From: an uncultured delta proteobacterium
GTDB lineage: Bacteria; Desulfobacterota; BSN033; UBA1163
DNA: 64,000 nucleotides
Reading direction: 5' to 3'
Assembly: GCA_963708295.1 (NCBI GenBank)
Contig: CAVPSJ010000001.1
Location: 1-64,000 of the forward strand
Positions within the stretch are counted from its first letter, which is position 1. Every line of letters begins with the position of its first letter. The translations under genes and the position numbers were made by a program. The notes under the pieces are model-generated. The model saw only the letters and a program-made list of their open reading frames with translations. It was not told the origin of the DNA and did no database searches. Of this stretch, positions 30,974 to 41,262 are shown one piece after another.

Positions 30974-31987
30974 CTATTCTGACTCGCCCTGAATCCTCAA
31001 GACGCCCGCCCCTTGAATTCTCCCTTGCTTTAATAGAATCAGAGCCTGGTTTGCCTCTCCCAGTTTAAATTCTTGAACTTCGGGGATGATGGGGATTTCA
31101 GCAGCGAGAGACAGAAATTCCTGAGCATCCTTTCGGGTAACGTTGGCCACACTCTTGATTTCTTTTTCATCCCAAAGGAGTTTAGCATAGTCCAGAGGTG
31201 GAATTGGATTTCTCTTGCGAATGACTGCTAACACCAGCCTTCCGCCCTTTTCCAAGACCCTCAACGCCCGGGGGACTGTCTCGCCGACTGGCGTAAAATC
31301 AATTGCACAGTGAACTTTTCCGGGAGGATCATCTTCCGGCCCGCCTGCCCAGGAGGCTCCCAGTTTCTTCGCCAGATTTCGATGGGTCTCGCCTCTTGTG
31401 AAGACAAAGACGTTGCAACCCCAGTACCTGGCGAGCTGAATAACAATGTGAGCGGACGCTCCAAACCCAAAAAGTCCCAGAGTCTGGCCCTTTTTGATAC
31501 CGGAAAGGATGAGGTCCCGATATCCGATTGCGCCAGCGCATAAAAGCGGGGTGGCCTGGGCATCGGAAAATCTTTCTGGGATCAAATAGGCAAAGTCTTC
31601 AGAGACGACTGTGAATTGGGCATAACCTCCGTGGGCATGACATCCCGTCCCTCGAAACTCCAGGCATAAATTTTCATTTCCTCCTCTGCAAAAATGGCAC
31701 TTTCCGCAAGCGGAATGGATCCATGCAATTCCCACCCGATCTCCCGCATGAAATCTGGCCGCTCCTGAACCTAACCTTGCAACTGTGCCGACGATCTGGT
31801 GTCCCAGAACGATTGGAAGTTTTGGGGGTAGTCTTCCCTCGATTTCATCCAGCTCCGTATGGCAGATGCCGCAGGCCGAGATTCTTACCAGAATTTGCTC
31901 GGGTCCGGGAGAAGGATCGGGTATTTCCTCCATCTTCAGCGGTTCGTTTTCTACGGGGGAAATCCCCCTGAGGATCATGGCCTTCAT
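30974..31987 (-). CDS. Zinc-binding alcohol dehydrogenase (AdhP-like)
   Basis: CGICHTE, GHQ, CGKCHFC..C, PLLCAG, GFGASA; start moved to MKAMIL. Confidence 0.9.
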   Translation of the reverse strand: MKAMILRGISPVENEPLKMEEIPDPSPGPEQILVRISACGICHTELDEIEGRLPPKLPIVLGHQIVGTVARLGSGAARFHAGDRVGIAWIHSACGKCHFCRGGNENLCLEFRGTGCHAHGGYAQFTVVSEDFAYLIPERFSDAQATPLLCAGAIGYRDLILSGIKKGQTLGLFGFGASAHIVIQLARYWGCNVFVFTRGETHRNLAKKLGASWAGGPEDDPPGKVHCAIDFTPVGETVPRALRVLEKGGRLVLAVIRKRNPIPPLDYAKLLWDEKEIKSVANVTRKDAQEFLSLAAEIPIIPEVQEFKLGEANQALILLKQGRIQGAGVLRIQGESE

Positions 31988-32138
31988 CTCTTCTGACCTC
32001 CGTCCCTGTTCTCCTATTAGCATACCAGACCCTGATGGATTGGGAAATATGAAAATCAGATTCATTTGAAAACGGGAAGGATAGCCCGGGAAGAATAAAT
32101 GAACGAAAGGCGGGTTTTACAAATTGCAGAAGCGGGAA

Positions 32139-32163
32139 AGGGCGGGGTTTAAAACCCCGCCCC
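32139..32163 (-). terminator. Intrinsic terminator after the 32557 gene
   Basis: GGGCGGGGTTT-AAAACCCCGCCC hairpin. Confidence 0.65.
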
Positions 32164-32179
32164 GGATTGATTAAATTGA

Positions 32180-32557
32180 TTAGTAAGGTCTGTAATACCC
32201 TTCGACCCAGACCTTTCTCTCCTCGTAGTATCCAGGGGCTTGGCGATTTTCATAATGTCCGGACACTCCACGTCCCCAGCGGTCTCGATAACCAGGTATC
32301 CAAACTCTTTCCCAACCTCCGGGAACCCATTCGCGAGTCATCTCCCAGTGGCCCGGAACATATTCCTGTCGCGGCGGATAGTAATGATGTTCCGGTGCTG
32401 GCGCGATAACGACCGGGGGCGGCAGGGCGGCGAGGGCGAACAGTCCTCCTAAGGCGAGTGCTTTGAATATGTCTTTTGATCCTGCCTCGGCAGTGGGGAT
32501 GGTGAAAACAGAGATTAAGGCCAAAACCAAGATCGTCAGAGCTAATTTTTTCCACAT
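32180..32557 (-). CDS. Secreted protein with YXWGXW-like (W-V-P-G-x-W) repeats
   Basis: Signal peptide ending AEA; YVPGHW, WVPGGW, WIPGY, VSGHY, WVEGYY repeats. Confidence 0.8.
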   Translation of the reverse strand: MWKKLALTILVLALISVFTIPTAEAGSKDIFKALALGGLFALAALPPPVVIAPAPEHHYYPPRQEYVPGHWEMTREWVPGGWERVWIPGYRDRWGRGVSGHYENRQAPGYYEERKVWVEGYYRPY

Positions 32558-32601
32558 AGAAGGTCCCTCCTTTAGGATGTTTTTGTTTGTCTTTTACTTT
32601 T

Positions 32602-32630
32602 TTAGACGGAGGGCGCAGAGAACTTATTCA
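32602..32630 (-). promoter_or_regulatory. ECF sigma promoter
   Basis: TGAATAA-15-CGTCTAA; the same motif precedes the ECF sigma gene. Confidence 0.7.
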
Positions 32631-32702
32631 AAAAAAGTTTAGGTGGGGGAGACGGAAGCCAAAAGAGGAAACAGAACAATGGGCAGAGTCAAATGACTGT
32701 CA

Positions 32703-33143
32703 TTAGAAGCGGGCGGAGACGGCATAGATGACGACGCCTTCTCCGTGTCTTGGACCCCCGATCAAGACTGTCCTCCCGGGGGAAAGTCTGACCTGGGTAT
32801 CAAGAACATCCTTTCCTTCACGAATGACCCTTATCCTTAATTTGGCGGCTTCTTTCTGCAATCCCACCAAAGTGACTTCCATGAACCTTCCAGGATGGGC
32901 CATGATGGTGGCGGGTTGGTTTGGGGAAAGTCTAAGGTTCTCTTCCCTCAGCAGGCGATAAGAAGTGAAGTTGAAAAGGGACCCCAACTCCTTGTGCACA
33001 TCCCTTAAAGAGGGATCAATGTTCTGGCCGACGTTCGAGGCCTGGATGACCCTCATCCGGACCGGAACTTGCGCGGAAGCTGTTAAGGTTGAGAAGAGAG
33101 AAAAAACGAAGAAGGCAGCCAGGAGGAAACCTGTTCTTCTCAT
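32703..33143 (-). CDS. Secreted hypothetical protein, third gene of the ECF operon
   Basis: Signal peptide MRRTGFLL..ASA; ATGA overlap with the anti-sigma stop. Confidence 0.75.
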   Translation of the reverse strand: MRRTGFLLAAFFVFSLFSTLTASAQVPVRMRVIQASNVGQNIDPSLRDVHKELGSLFNFTSYRLLREENLRLSPNQPATIMAHPGRFMEVTLVGLQKEAAKLRIRVIREGKDVLDTQVRLSPGRTVLIGGPRHGEGVVIYAVSARF

Positions 33144-33652
33144 ATCGTTGTCCGTTCCTCCTCCGGACCCTCGAACAGCCATATGACCGTTACCTTCGGT
33201 TCTTCCAACTGATAGACCATCACATTATCGCTCTGACTCTCGATGTATTCTACAACAGATACCTCCGGAGAGGAAGGGGTTTTTTTCAAAATAATCTGGG
33301 TCGTAACAAACAGGAGGACCACGACGGTTGCCACCGCAGGAATCCAGACTCTTTTCTTAAAGAGAGGGGTGACGTCAAGCCAGGAACGGAGGGATTGCCA
33401 CCAGGTTAACTTCTCCTGCTGACGAATTCCCCTCTCGATTTTCTGCCACACCCACGGGAAATCCTCCTTCCGGGTTGCCGCTTCTACAGGAGCTTTTATC
33501 AATGTCCTGAATTCCTCCATCGACTTCAACGCGTCCCGGCACCCCGGGCACTCCTGAAGATGGCCTTCCATGAGAAGTTTTTCCTCGTCCGTGACCTCCT
33601 GGTCAAAATATTTTTCTAAAACCGTTGATACTGAGGAACAGGAATTTTTCAT
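33140..33652 (-). CDS. Zinc-finger (zf-HC2) membrane anti-sigma factor
   Basis: HLQECPGC (HxxxCxxC), one TM segment, downstream of ECF sigma. Confidence 0.88.
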   Translation of the reverse strand: MKNSCSSVSTVLEKYFDQEVTDEEKLLMEGHLQECPGCRDALKSMEEFRTLIKAPVEAATRKEDFPWVWQKIERGIRQQEKLTWWQSLRSWLDVTPLFKKRVWIPAVATVVVLLFVTTQIILKKTPSSPEVSVVEYIESQSDNVMVYQLEEPKVTVIWLFEGPEEERTTI

Positions 33653-33699
33653 CTGCCTTCCCCCGCTTTACGCGCCTTCGCCAAAAACATCGGCCTGAC

Positions 33700-34296
33700 C
33701 TACCTTTCTGAAACGGTAGAAATGCCACGGTCCTGGCCGTGGACCTTCACATAGTCTTTTAACGACTCTTGCATCCTTTTTCTGCCATAATGAAGACGGG
33801 ACATCACCGTCCCGATGGAGCATCCCATAGCCTCTGCCATCTCCTGGTAGGAGAGGCCTTCCACATCTCTATAAATAAGAGCGGCCCTCTGTTCATCGGG
33901 AAGTTTATCCATTGCCAGTTTTACCCTTTCTTCCAGCTCCTTTTGGAGAAGGACCCTTTCGGGCCCTTTTTCAGCCTCTTCTGAAGGTTCGAAACTTCCT
34001 TCCTCATCAAGGCTTGACATGAATTGTTTCCCCGCCTTCCTCTTATGGTCGATCGCAGTGTTCATTACCATCCGATAAAGATAAGTATAGAAATGGGACC
34101 TCCCTTTAAAGTTTTTGATGGACCGAAACAGCTTGATAAAAACTTCCTGAACGACATCCAGGGCTTCCTCCCTTTGCCTCACCACACCATACGCAATCCG
34201 GTAGACCTTCTCATGATATTTATCGAAGATCTCCTTCAACGCCTCTTGATCTCCTTGCTGGCACCTGGAGATTATCTCGGTTTCTTCACGCTCCAC
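33700..34296 (-). CDS. ECF RNA polymerase sigma factor
   Basis: DVVQEVF, FYTYLYR, LSYQEMAEAMGCSIGTVMSRLHYGR. Confidence 0.93.
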   Translation of the reverse strand: MEREETEIISRCQQGDQEALKEIFDKYHEKVYRIAYGVVRQREEALDVVQEVFIKLFRSIKNFKGRSHFYTYLYRMVMNTAIDHKRKAGKQFMSSLDEEGSFEPSEEAEKGPERVLLQKELEERVKLAMDKLPDEQRAALIYRDVEGLSYQEMAEAMGCSIGTVMSRLHYGRKRMQESLKDYVKVHGQDRGISTVSER

Positions 34297-34310
34297 TGTC
34301 TCTTAACCTT

Positions 34311-34338
34311 TTAGACGATAAACTCTCTGAATTATTCA
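34311..34338 (-). promoter_or_regulatory. Autoregulatory ECF sigma promoter
   Basis: TGAATAA-14-CGTCTAA, 15 nt before the GTG start. Confidence 0.65.
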
Positions 34339-34442
34339 AATATTAAAATTATATTCATTGTAACCCAATTGTCCACCCTTATTATAATTTTAATTGAAAG
34401 ATTCGGATTTTCAGGATACTAATAGGTATCCTTTTCCAAGGA

Positions 34443-35159
34443 GTGCGAAGAAGGGTGTCCATACCGAAGCAAAAGGCATCTGATCATGGCCGATATTCCC
34501 ATTGGTTCTTGCTGGTTGCGTCCATTTTCATCACCTGCCTGATTACCTCTAACATCATCGCGGTCAAGCTCGTCAATATTTTCGGACTCCTATTGCCGGC
34601 AGCCATCCTTATCTTCCCGATCGGCTACATTTTTGGCGATGTGCTCACAGAAGTTTATGGGTATCGACAGGCCAGACGGGTGATCTGGCTGGGGTTTTTC
34701 TGCAACCTGATCACGGTGGCGGCAATATGGCTGGGACAGATTCTGCCCGCTGCCTCTTTCTGGGATGGACAGGCAGCGTACGAACGGATCCTGGGTTACA
34801 CGCCGCGATTGCTTGGAGCCTCTTTTGTGGCCTACCTGGTTGGAGAATTCGCCAACTCCTTTGTGCTGGCGAAGATGAAAATTGCAACAAAGGGCCGCTG
34901 GCTATGGACCCGAACGATCGGTTCGACCCTTGTCGGCCAGGGCCTGGATTCCGTTCTATTCATGACCCTTGCATTTGCGGGGACGATTCCTCTGTCCGGT
35001 CTCGCAAATGCCATCGTGGTTCAGTGGCTCTCCAAATCGGTCTATGAAGCCATCGCCACCCCTTTGACGTACGGCGCAGTGAACTTCCTGAAGAAAAAGG
35101 AAGGATTGGATGCCTTTGATTATGACACGCAGTTTAACCCCCTTCTGATTGGAGAGTGA
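34443..35159 (+). CDS. yhhQ: Queuosine precursor transporter (VUT/YhhQ family)
   Basis: SNIIAVK, FPIGYIFGDVLTEVYG, RTIGSTLVGQGLDS. Confidence 0.88.
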   Translation: MRRRVSIPKQKASDHGRYSHWFLLVASIFITCLITSNIIAVKLVNIFGLLLPAAILIFPIGYIFGDVLTEVYGYRQARRVIWLGFFCNLITVAAIWLGQILPAASFWDGQAAYERILGYTPRLLGASFVAYLVGEFANSFVLAKMKIATKGRWLWTRTIGSTLVGQGLDSVLFMTLAFAGTIPLSGLANAIVVQWLSKSVYEAIATPLTYGAVNFLKKKEGLDAFDYDTQFNPLLIGE

Positions 35160-35412
35160 CTTTCCATTGGATGCAATCAAGCGAATTGGATTACTGATCA
35201 TCGGCTGGTTATTCATCGGTTTAGGGGTTGTCGGCCTATTCCTCCCTTTTCTGCAGGGAGTTCTATTTATCCTGATTGGTCTTGCCATCCTCTCTTCTCG
35301 AAGCGAGATCATCAATCGGTTCTTGAAATATCTTGAGGAGCGTTATCCCCACCTTCACGAGCGCGTGGAGAAATGGAAAGCGAAGATCCGAGGCTGGTTC
35401 AAGAAGGATTGA
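35149..35412 (+). CDS. Small membrane protein (DUF454/PGPGW-like)
   Basis: IIGWLFIGLGVVGLFLPFLQGVLFILIGLAILS. Confidence 0.75.
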   Translation: MESDFPLDAIKRIGLLIIGWLFIGLGVVGLFLPFLQGVLFILIGLAILSSRSEIINRFLKYLEERYPHLHERVEKWKAKIRGWFKKD

Positions 35413-35427
35413 GAGGAAAAAGGGCTT

Positions 35428-37783
35428 ATGTCGATTGAAGAGATTATCGAATCCTGGAAACGGTCCCGTGCCATCTCACCCTGTATCACGGATCTTCGAA
35501 TTTCTAAGAAGAAGGAAGGGCAATATCGCTCTTTTCCGAAGTTCATCCATCCGGCCATCCGGGAGGCTTTGAAAACACAGGGAATCGAGCAGCTCTATTC
35601 CCATCAGGTCGATGCGATCGAGGCGGTTCATCAGGGAAAGGACATCGTCGTCGTCAGCCCGACCGCTTCCGGAAAGACCCTTTGCTACAACCTTCCCGTA
35701 TTGAACACCAAGCTGGAGGCCCCTTCTTCAAAGGCTTTTTACCTCTTTCCCACCAAAGCCCTTTCGCAGGATCAGATGTTTGAACTACAAAAATTCATCG
35801 AGCGGATCGGAGAATCGACCACTACCTTCACCTATGACGGAGATACTCCCCAGGATGCCCGGCAGGCCATCCGGACCCGAGGGGATGTTGTGATCACCAA
35901 CCCCGACATGCTTCATACAGGGATCCTTCCCCACCACACGAAATGGATGAACTTCTTCCAGAATCTGAAATTCGTGGTGATTGATGAGCTCCATACCTAC
36001 CGGGGAGTCTTCGGGGCTCACATGACCAATGTCCTGAGACGGCTGGACCGGATCTGCCGTTTTTACGGATCGAAACCTCAATTCATCTGCTGCTCCGCGA
36101 CGATCGCCAACCCGAAAGAGTTAGCCGAAAAACTTCTCGGAAGGGATGTCTTCCTGGTGGATCAAAACGGGGCTCCGTCAGCGGAGAAGATCTTCATTTT
36201 TTATAATCCGCCCATCGTCAACAAGGAATTGGGGATTCGGGGAAGCCATATTCATGCAGCCAGAAGGCTGGCCACGCCCTTCATCGAGCAGGGGATTCAG
36301 ACGATTCTCTTCGCTACCAGCCGGCTCTCTGTCGAGGTGTTGACCAAATATTTGAAAGATCGCTTTGAGAAGAAACTGGAAGACAAAGGAAAAGTCAGAG
36401 GATATCGCGGGGGCTATCTTCCAAAGATGCGGAGGGAGATTGAAAAAGGGTTGAGGGAGAGAGAAGTCAAGAGCGGTGGTTTCCACCAATGCGCTGGAAC
36501 TTGGAATCGACATCGGGGATCTGGAGGTGTGCCTGATCGCGGGTTATCCCGGCACCATTGCCAGCACCTATCAGCAGGCAGGACGGGTGGGAAGACGGTC
36601 AGAAAAGTCGTTGGCGGTTCTTATCGCACGAAGCCAGCCCCTGGATCAGTTCATCATCGAAAACCCGGATTATTTCTTCGGTCAATCCCCGGAGCACGGA
36701 TTGATCAATCCGGATAACCTCCTCATCCTGCTCAGCCATATTCAGTGCGCGGCTTTTGAGCTTCCCTTCAGGGATGGGGAACGCTTCGGACGGGAAGATT
36801 TGAATGAGATGTTGAAGTACCTGGAGGAAAAAGGAACGCTTCATCATGTGGATCAAACACTGGTACTGGACACAGGATGCCTATCCTGCGGAGAAGGTCA
36901 GCCTCCGCTCCGCCTCAGAGGAAAATTTCGTAGTGGTCGATATCACGAAGAAAAAGGACGAGGTGATCGCCGAGGTGGACTTTACCGGGGCCCACACGAC
37001 CCTTTATGAAGGGGCGGTTTACCTCTGCGAATCGGAACTCTACACGGTGGAGAAGCTCGACTACCCGAACCGCAGGGCCTACGTCAGGAAGACCGAAGGG
37101 GATTATTACACCGATGCGATTGACTACACCGACGTCTCGATCCTGGAGGGGTTCGAGAGAAAGCAGGGTGAGGGCACGGTCTTCGAACATGGCGAGGTAA
37201 AGATTGCGACCCGTGTGGTCGGTTATAAAAAGATCAAGTTCTATACCCTCGAGAATCTGGGTTACGGTAAGATCGAGCTTCCGGATCTCCAGTTTCACAC
37301 CACCTCCTACTGGATCACTTTCAGAAGGGATTTGTTAGAGCGACTTCCTTATTCCCGTTTGGAGGTGATTGACGGGGTGTTGGGACTCGGCTATGCCCTT
37401 CATTCCATGGCAGCCCTTCACCTGATGTGCGATCCCCACGACCTCAGCCGCTGTGTCGGAGATCGAGGGGCAAAATGGTTCCTCAGACTTTCGAGGGATT
37501 CGAAAGGGATTTATTCTTCTTTCGACGCTCTGGACGAAGTTCCGCTGGAAGGGATGGAGATTTTTGAGCCGACCCTTTTTCTCTATGACAACTATCCGGG
37601 GGGGATGGGTTTCAGCCCACCAGCTCTTCGACGATACGCGCGTGCTCCTCGAGAAGACAATGAGACTCATTTCCAGGTGCGAGTGCCGGTACGGGCTGCC
37701 CGTCCTGCGTGGGTCCCTCGAAGGAGGTCGGCGAGAAATCGAAAGAAGTAGCGTTGGCACTGCTTGAAGAGATACTGAAGTAA
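35428..37783 (+). CDS. DEAD/DEAH helicase with DUF1998 (MrfA/YprA/SftH-like), several frameshifts
   Basis: PTASGKT, TNPDMLH, DELH, SATIANP, STNALELGIDIG, QQAGRVGR, LYD.YPGG.G, CEC..GCPSC. Confidence 0.9.
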
Positions 37784-37796
37784 ACATTACGAATAT

Positions 37797-37933
37797 AAAT
37801 CCGAAGCACGAAGCACGAAATTCGAAACAAGCACGAATGTTCAAAATTCGAATGCCGGAATAAGCAGAAAGTCTTGAGTCTTGGATTTAAGCTTCGGATT
37901 TGTTTCGGATTTCGATATTCGAATTTCGAATTT
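37797..37933. repeat. Heptamer-repeat inverted element, empty (no 22-nt insert)
   Basis: AAATCCGAAGCACGAAGCACGAAATTCGAAACAA...TGTTTCGGATTTCGATATTCGAATTTCGAATTT. Confidence 0.8.
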
Positions 37934-37947
37934 GATTGCAGTTCACG

Positions 37948-39230
37948 ATGGATCTCAAAGAACGGCTAAACAGACTGACTTCGATTTCAAAGACTCCAAC
38001 CGGAGGACAAACCTCAGGTGCTCGGGGACTTGCGGCAGAGGCTGGACCGGCTATTCGAACCGAAGAAGGCTTATCAGAAAAAGGTGGTCGTTCCTATCGA
38101 GCAACTGGTCAAGGGAGAGGTTGTTTCAATCCCTGAGGGAGAGACGCTTCCTGGCGAAAGAAGATTTCGCTCCGGACCTTCGATGTGGGGAGATGGCTCT
38201 GGCAGATATTCTCAATATTCCCACTTATCCTGCCCATCTTCTTTCCAGGGATGAGCGGCTTAAGGAATTGGATTTTCGAAAGGCGCTTTTTCTCGATACT
38301 GAAACAACCGGTCTGAGCGGAGGAACCGGGACCTTTGCCTTTATGGTGGGATTGGGGTTTTTTCAGGAGGATCGGTTTTCAGTTCATCAGTTTTTCATGA
38401 GGGATTATTCCGAAGAAAGGGCCTCCCTTTCTCTCCTCAAGAATGTGATTGATTCTTTCCAATTCTTAGTGACCTTCAATGGGCGGCAATACGATATCCC
38501 GCTCCTCGAGACCCGATTTATTCTCTCCCGGATGGTCTCCAAGATAAGGGAAATGCCCAATTTTGATCTTCTTTACCCTTCCAGGAAGATTTGGAAAGGA
38601 GCTTATGAAAACTGCCGGCTGGTTACCCTTGAATCCCGACTTCTGGGGGTAGAAAGAACAGATGATATCCCATCCGAATGGATTCCCTCCCTTTACTTCG
38701 ATTACATCCAGACTGGCGATGCAAGAAAGATCTCGCAAGTCTTTTACCATAATCGGATGGATATCCTCTCGATGGTCGGCCTGGCCGGGAGGATCCACCT
38801 CGTCTATCATGATCCCCAGGCCGCCCGGCCGAGAAAAGGGATCGAACACTTTGCATTAGGCAGGCTCTTCTGGGAACACGGTCAGCGGGAGAAGGCCATC
38901 CCTTGCTTTGAAATCGCTCTTAAGCGGTGTAATGACGATCTGTCCTGGGAAGTGATGAAGTGGCTCTCGATGGCGTTCAAGAAGACAGGGCAGGGTGAGA
39001 AGGCACGATCTCTCTGGGAAGAGATGTTAAGCTGGCCTTATAAGAAGGAGATTTTCCCTTACATCGAATTGGCAAAGTACCATGAACACCGGCTCAAAGA
39101 TTGGGATAGGGCGATGGCCTATGTCGATGAGGCTTTAGACCTCGTTGCATCGCATCAACACGGGGAGATCGAGGTTCTCCGGCATAGAAAACGGAGACTG
39201 GAGCAGAAAAAAGGGTTAAACACGGTTTGA
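37948..39230 (+). CDS. RNase H-like DEDD exonuclease with TPR (MrfB/YprB-like), 5' frameshifts
   Basis: FLDTETTGL.GG.GT, VTFNG..YDIP, HN.MDI, ELAKYHEH; follows the helicase. Confidence 0.88.
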
Positions 39231-39268
39231 TGAGAGTTCAGATGAGACCCAAATTCCGATTTAGGAAT

Positions 39269-39345
39269 TGTCATTGCGAGGGAACCGAAGCAATCTCGTC
39301 TTTTTCAATCAGATTGCCACGCACCTTTCAGTTGCTCGCAATGAC
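39269..39345. repeat. REP-like palindrome
   Basis: TGTCATTGCGAG...GCAATCT...AGATTGC...CTCGCAATGAC. Confidence 0.8.
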
Positions 39346-39399
39346 CGGATGGGGAAAGGGGTTCAGTTTCTATATCGGGATTTGGATGAGAGTTTAGTA

Positions 39400-39428
39400 T
39401 TGACAGCCACCTTATAAATTTCTATATT
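39400..39428 (+). promoter_or_regulatory. Sigma-70 promoter
   Basis: TTGACA-17-TATATT. Confidence 0.7.
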
Positions 39429-39466
39429 AGAGTTAACTTGTTTTTGGAGGAAAGGAGGGAAAGGGG

Positions 39467-39631
39467 ATGCCCAGCTACGACTACCGATGTCCAAAATGTA
39501 AGAAGAAATTTACTGCCATGCTCAGCATCAGTGAACACGATGCCGGGAAGGCGAAATGCCCGAAATGCGGAGGAAAAAAACTAGAACAACTGATTAGTGG
39601 TTTCCAGGTAAAAACCTCAAGAAAGAGTTAA
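39467..39631 (+). CDS. FmdB-family zinc-ribbon protein, 54 aa (not in ORF track)
   Basis: MPSYDYRCPKCKKKF...KCPKCGGKKLEQLIS; strong RBS AAGGAGG. Confidence 0.9.
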   Translation: MPSYDYRCPKCKKKFTAMLSISEHDAGKAKCPKCGGKKLEQLISGFQVKTSRKS

Positions 39632-39645
39632 GGGTTTAAAAATCA

Positions 39646-39803
39646 ATTTCAAATGTCAAAGTTCAAATTCTCCACAATGAAGAGTCAAACTCATCAAATT
39701 TCTAAACCTAGCCGGTGCACGAGCGGACGAATCTAAATTTGGGTTAAGACATTTGACATTGCTTTTTTTCATTTGGACTTTGAACTTTGACATTTGACAT
39801 TTC
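39646..39803. repeat. Heptamer-repeat inverted element (ATGTCAA/TTGACAT)
   Basis: TTTCAAATGTCAAAGTTCAAA...TTTGGACTTTGAACTTTGACATTTGACATTT between convergent genes. Confidence 0.7.
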
Positions 39804-39809
39804 TTCTTA

Positions 39810-40727
39810 TTACCTTTCTTCTATATCAATTCCAAAATGCTCAAGCGTCCTTTGGACCAGCAATTTCCAGAGGCGGTAGTTTTCCTCGGCGGGGAAAAAT
39901 TCGAGAAATCCCTTTGAAAATCGCACAGTCACATCCTTCGTGATTTCTTCAACCGACCAGCCCCCGTTGATTTTTTCCAGCACAAAGGCTTTAAAATCCT
40001 CAATCGATTGACGGTTCATCTGCAGATGTTTCCTTGCGAGGTCCTTTCCTATCATGGTCCCGTAGTGGCCCCTGCAAAGGATTTCCGGATCGATCGCTAT
40101 CATCTTATCGAGGGATTTTTCGGTCTCCCCCAGCCGGTACCAATAATTGGGCCTGAAGAAATCGGGTGGAGAATAGAACCCGGCTCCGTCCGAGCAGAAA
40201 AGGAGCCCTTCCTGTTCGACGAAAGCGGCTAAACAGTCAGGAGAGTGACCGGGGATCTCAAGAAATCTCATCCTGACTCCTCCGCCCAGGTCAAGGATGG
40301 ATCCCTCGCTGACGGTGATATCCAAAGGGAAGAAAGGGGAGGGCTGAAGAGCTGGAGCTTCCGAGATGATTCCTCCTTCCTTGAGAGCGAGCGTCATCTT
40401 TCGGTCGGAATCAAAAATCTTGGCGACGATCCGCTCGCTTGAAAAAATCGTTCGATTCAAATCAGAAGAAACGATTTTCATCCATGGGTATCTTCCCTTG
40501 AGAGTAGGAAAGACCATCATGTGGTCGAAATGGGAGTGGAGGATGACGAGGTGGGAGATGGCTTCGGGGGGAACGTCCAGTTGTTTCAATTGTTCCAAAA
40601 AAGGATAGGTGACGCCGCTGACCGCCCCTTCGACAATAGCATAGGTTTCCCCCTTCACCAGATAGAGGTTGAACAGTTCACTTCCCAAGAGGGTGATGTT
40701 TTTAGTGACTTGAAATGGAAGCTGCAT
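39810..40727 (-). CDS. MBL-fold metallo-hydrolase
   Basis: LHSHFDH, PGHS, SDGAG, GHYG. Confidence 0.85.
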   Translation of the reverse strand: MQLPFQVTKNITLLGSELFNLYLVKGETYAIVEGAVSGVTYPFLEQLKQLDVPPEAISHLVILHSHFDHMMVFPTLKGRYPWMKIVSSDLNRTIFSSERIVAKIFDSDRKMTLALKEGGIISEAPALQPSPFFPLDITVSEGSILDLGGGVRMRFLEIPGHSPDCLAAFVEQEGLLFCSDGAGFYSPPDFFRPNYWYRLGETEKSLDKMIAIDPEILCRGHYGTMIGKDLARKHLQMNRQSIEDFKAFVLEKINGGWSVEEITKDVTVRFSKGFLEFFPAEENYRLWKLLVQRTLEHFGIDIEER

Positions 40728-40780
40728 GATTCAAATTAACCGATGCTATTGTATTGCTTCAAGAGTCCCTTTACTTTGAT

Positions 40781-40834
40781 TGTCATTCCGGGCTTGACTT
40801 AGCCTGCCCCGTACTAGATACGGGGGAATCCAGT
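40781..40834. repeat. REP-like palindrome (GTCATTCCGGGCTTGAC...GGAATCCAG) with nested hairpin
   Basis: Nested CCCCGTA-CTAGA-TACGGGG; lies where the integrase remnant breaks off. Confidence 0.65.
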
Positions 40835-40839
40835 ATTTC

Positions 40840-40987
40840 TTAGCTGGAATATTATCGAGTTGGTAATTGCAGGATTTGAGAAATCTCCGCACCCAGTGAA
40901 TGTAGAACCGATTTTGTCTTGGGGTATAGTCCCCAATTTTGAAAGAAACTTCTCAAAATCTGCGAGCACACTCATTTCTTTGTCCAT
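40840..40987 (-). pseudogene. intI: Truncated integron integrase (N-terminal ~45 codons, one frameshift)
   Basis: MDKEMSVLADFEKFLSKLGTIPQDKI/RFYIHWVRRFLKSCNYQLDNI with RBS GAGG; Y..WV..FL is typical of integrase N-terminal SAM-like domains; divergent from attI. Confidence 0.65.
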
Positions 40988-41169
40988 GATTGTGCCTCAA
41001 TAAGAGATTGGAGGATTTAATTATATGCAATATAACATTACAATTCAAACAAATTATTTCAGGCAACAATATTTCGTGAAAAGATGGCCAAGTATTCAAC
41101 TATCTGATATTACTTAGATAAACGGCGATTTGTCGGATAACAAAAGTTTATCAGTCTGCGAAAATATGT

Positions 41170-41198
41170 TTGACAAAACCGACGAGTAAGTATAGGAT
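41170..41198 (+). promoter_or_regulatory. Candidate cassette promoter Pc
   Basis: TTGACA-17-TAGGAT, 32 nt before the attI crossover. Confidence 0.7.
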
Positions 41199-41204
41199 TT
41201 TAGG

Positions 41205-41237
41205 AAATTACGACATGCAGTATAATTATTGTTCGCA
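41205..41237 (+). mobile_element. Integron attI site (crossover G/TTCGCA)
   Basis: GTTCGCA at 41231-41237 is the exact reverse complement of attC1 R'' TGCGAAC; no hairpin upstream. Confidence 0.7.
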
Positions 41238-41262
41238 GCAATTATCAAGATAAGGAGACACG

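Noticed and set aside
34340-34442. preQ1 riboswitch upstream of yhhQ
   Set aside because: No preQ1 stem-loop with A-rich tail recognisable
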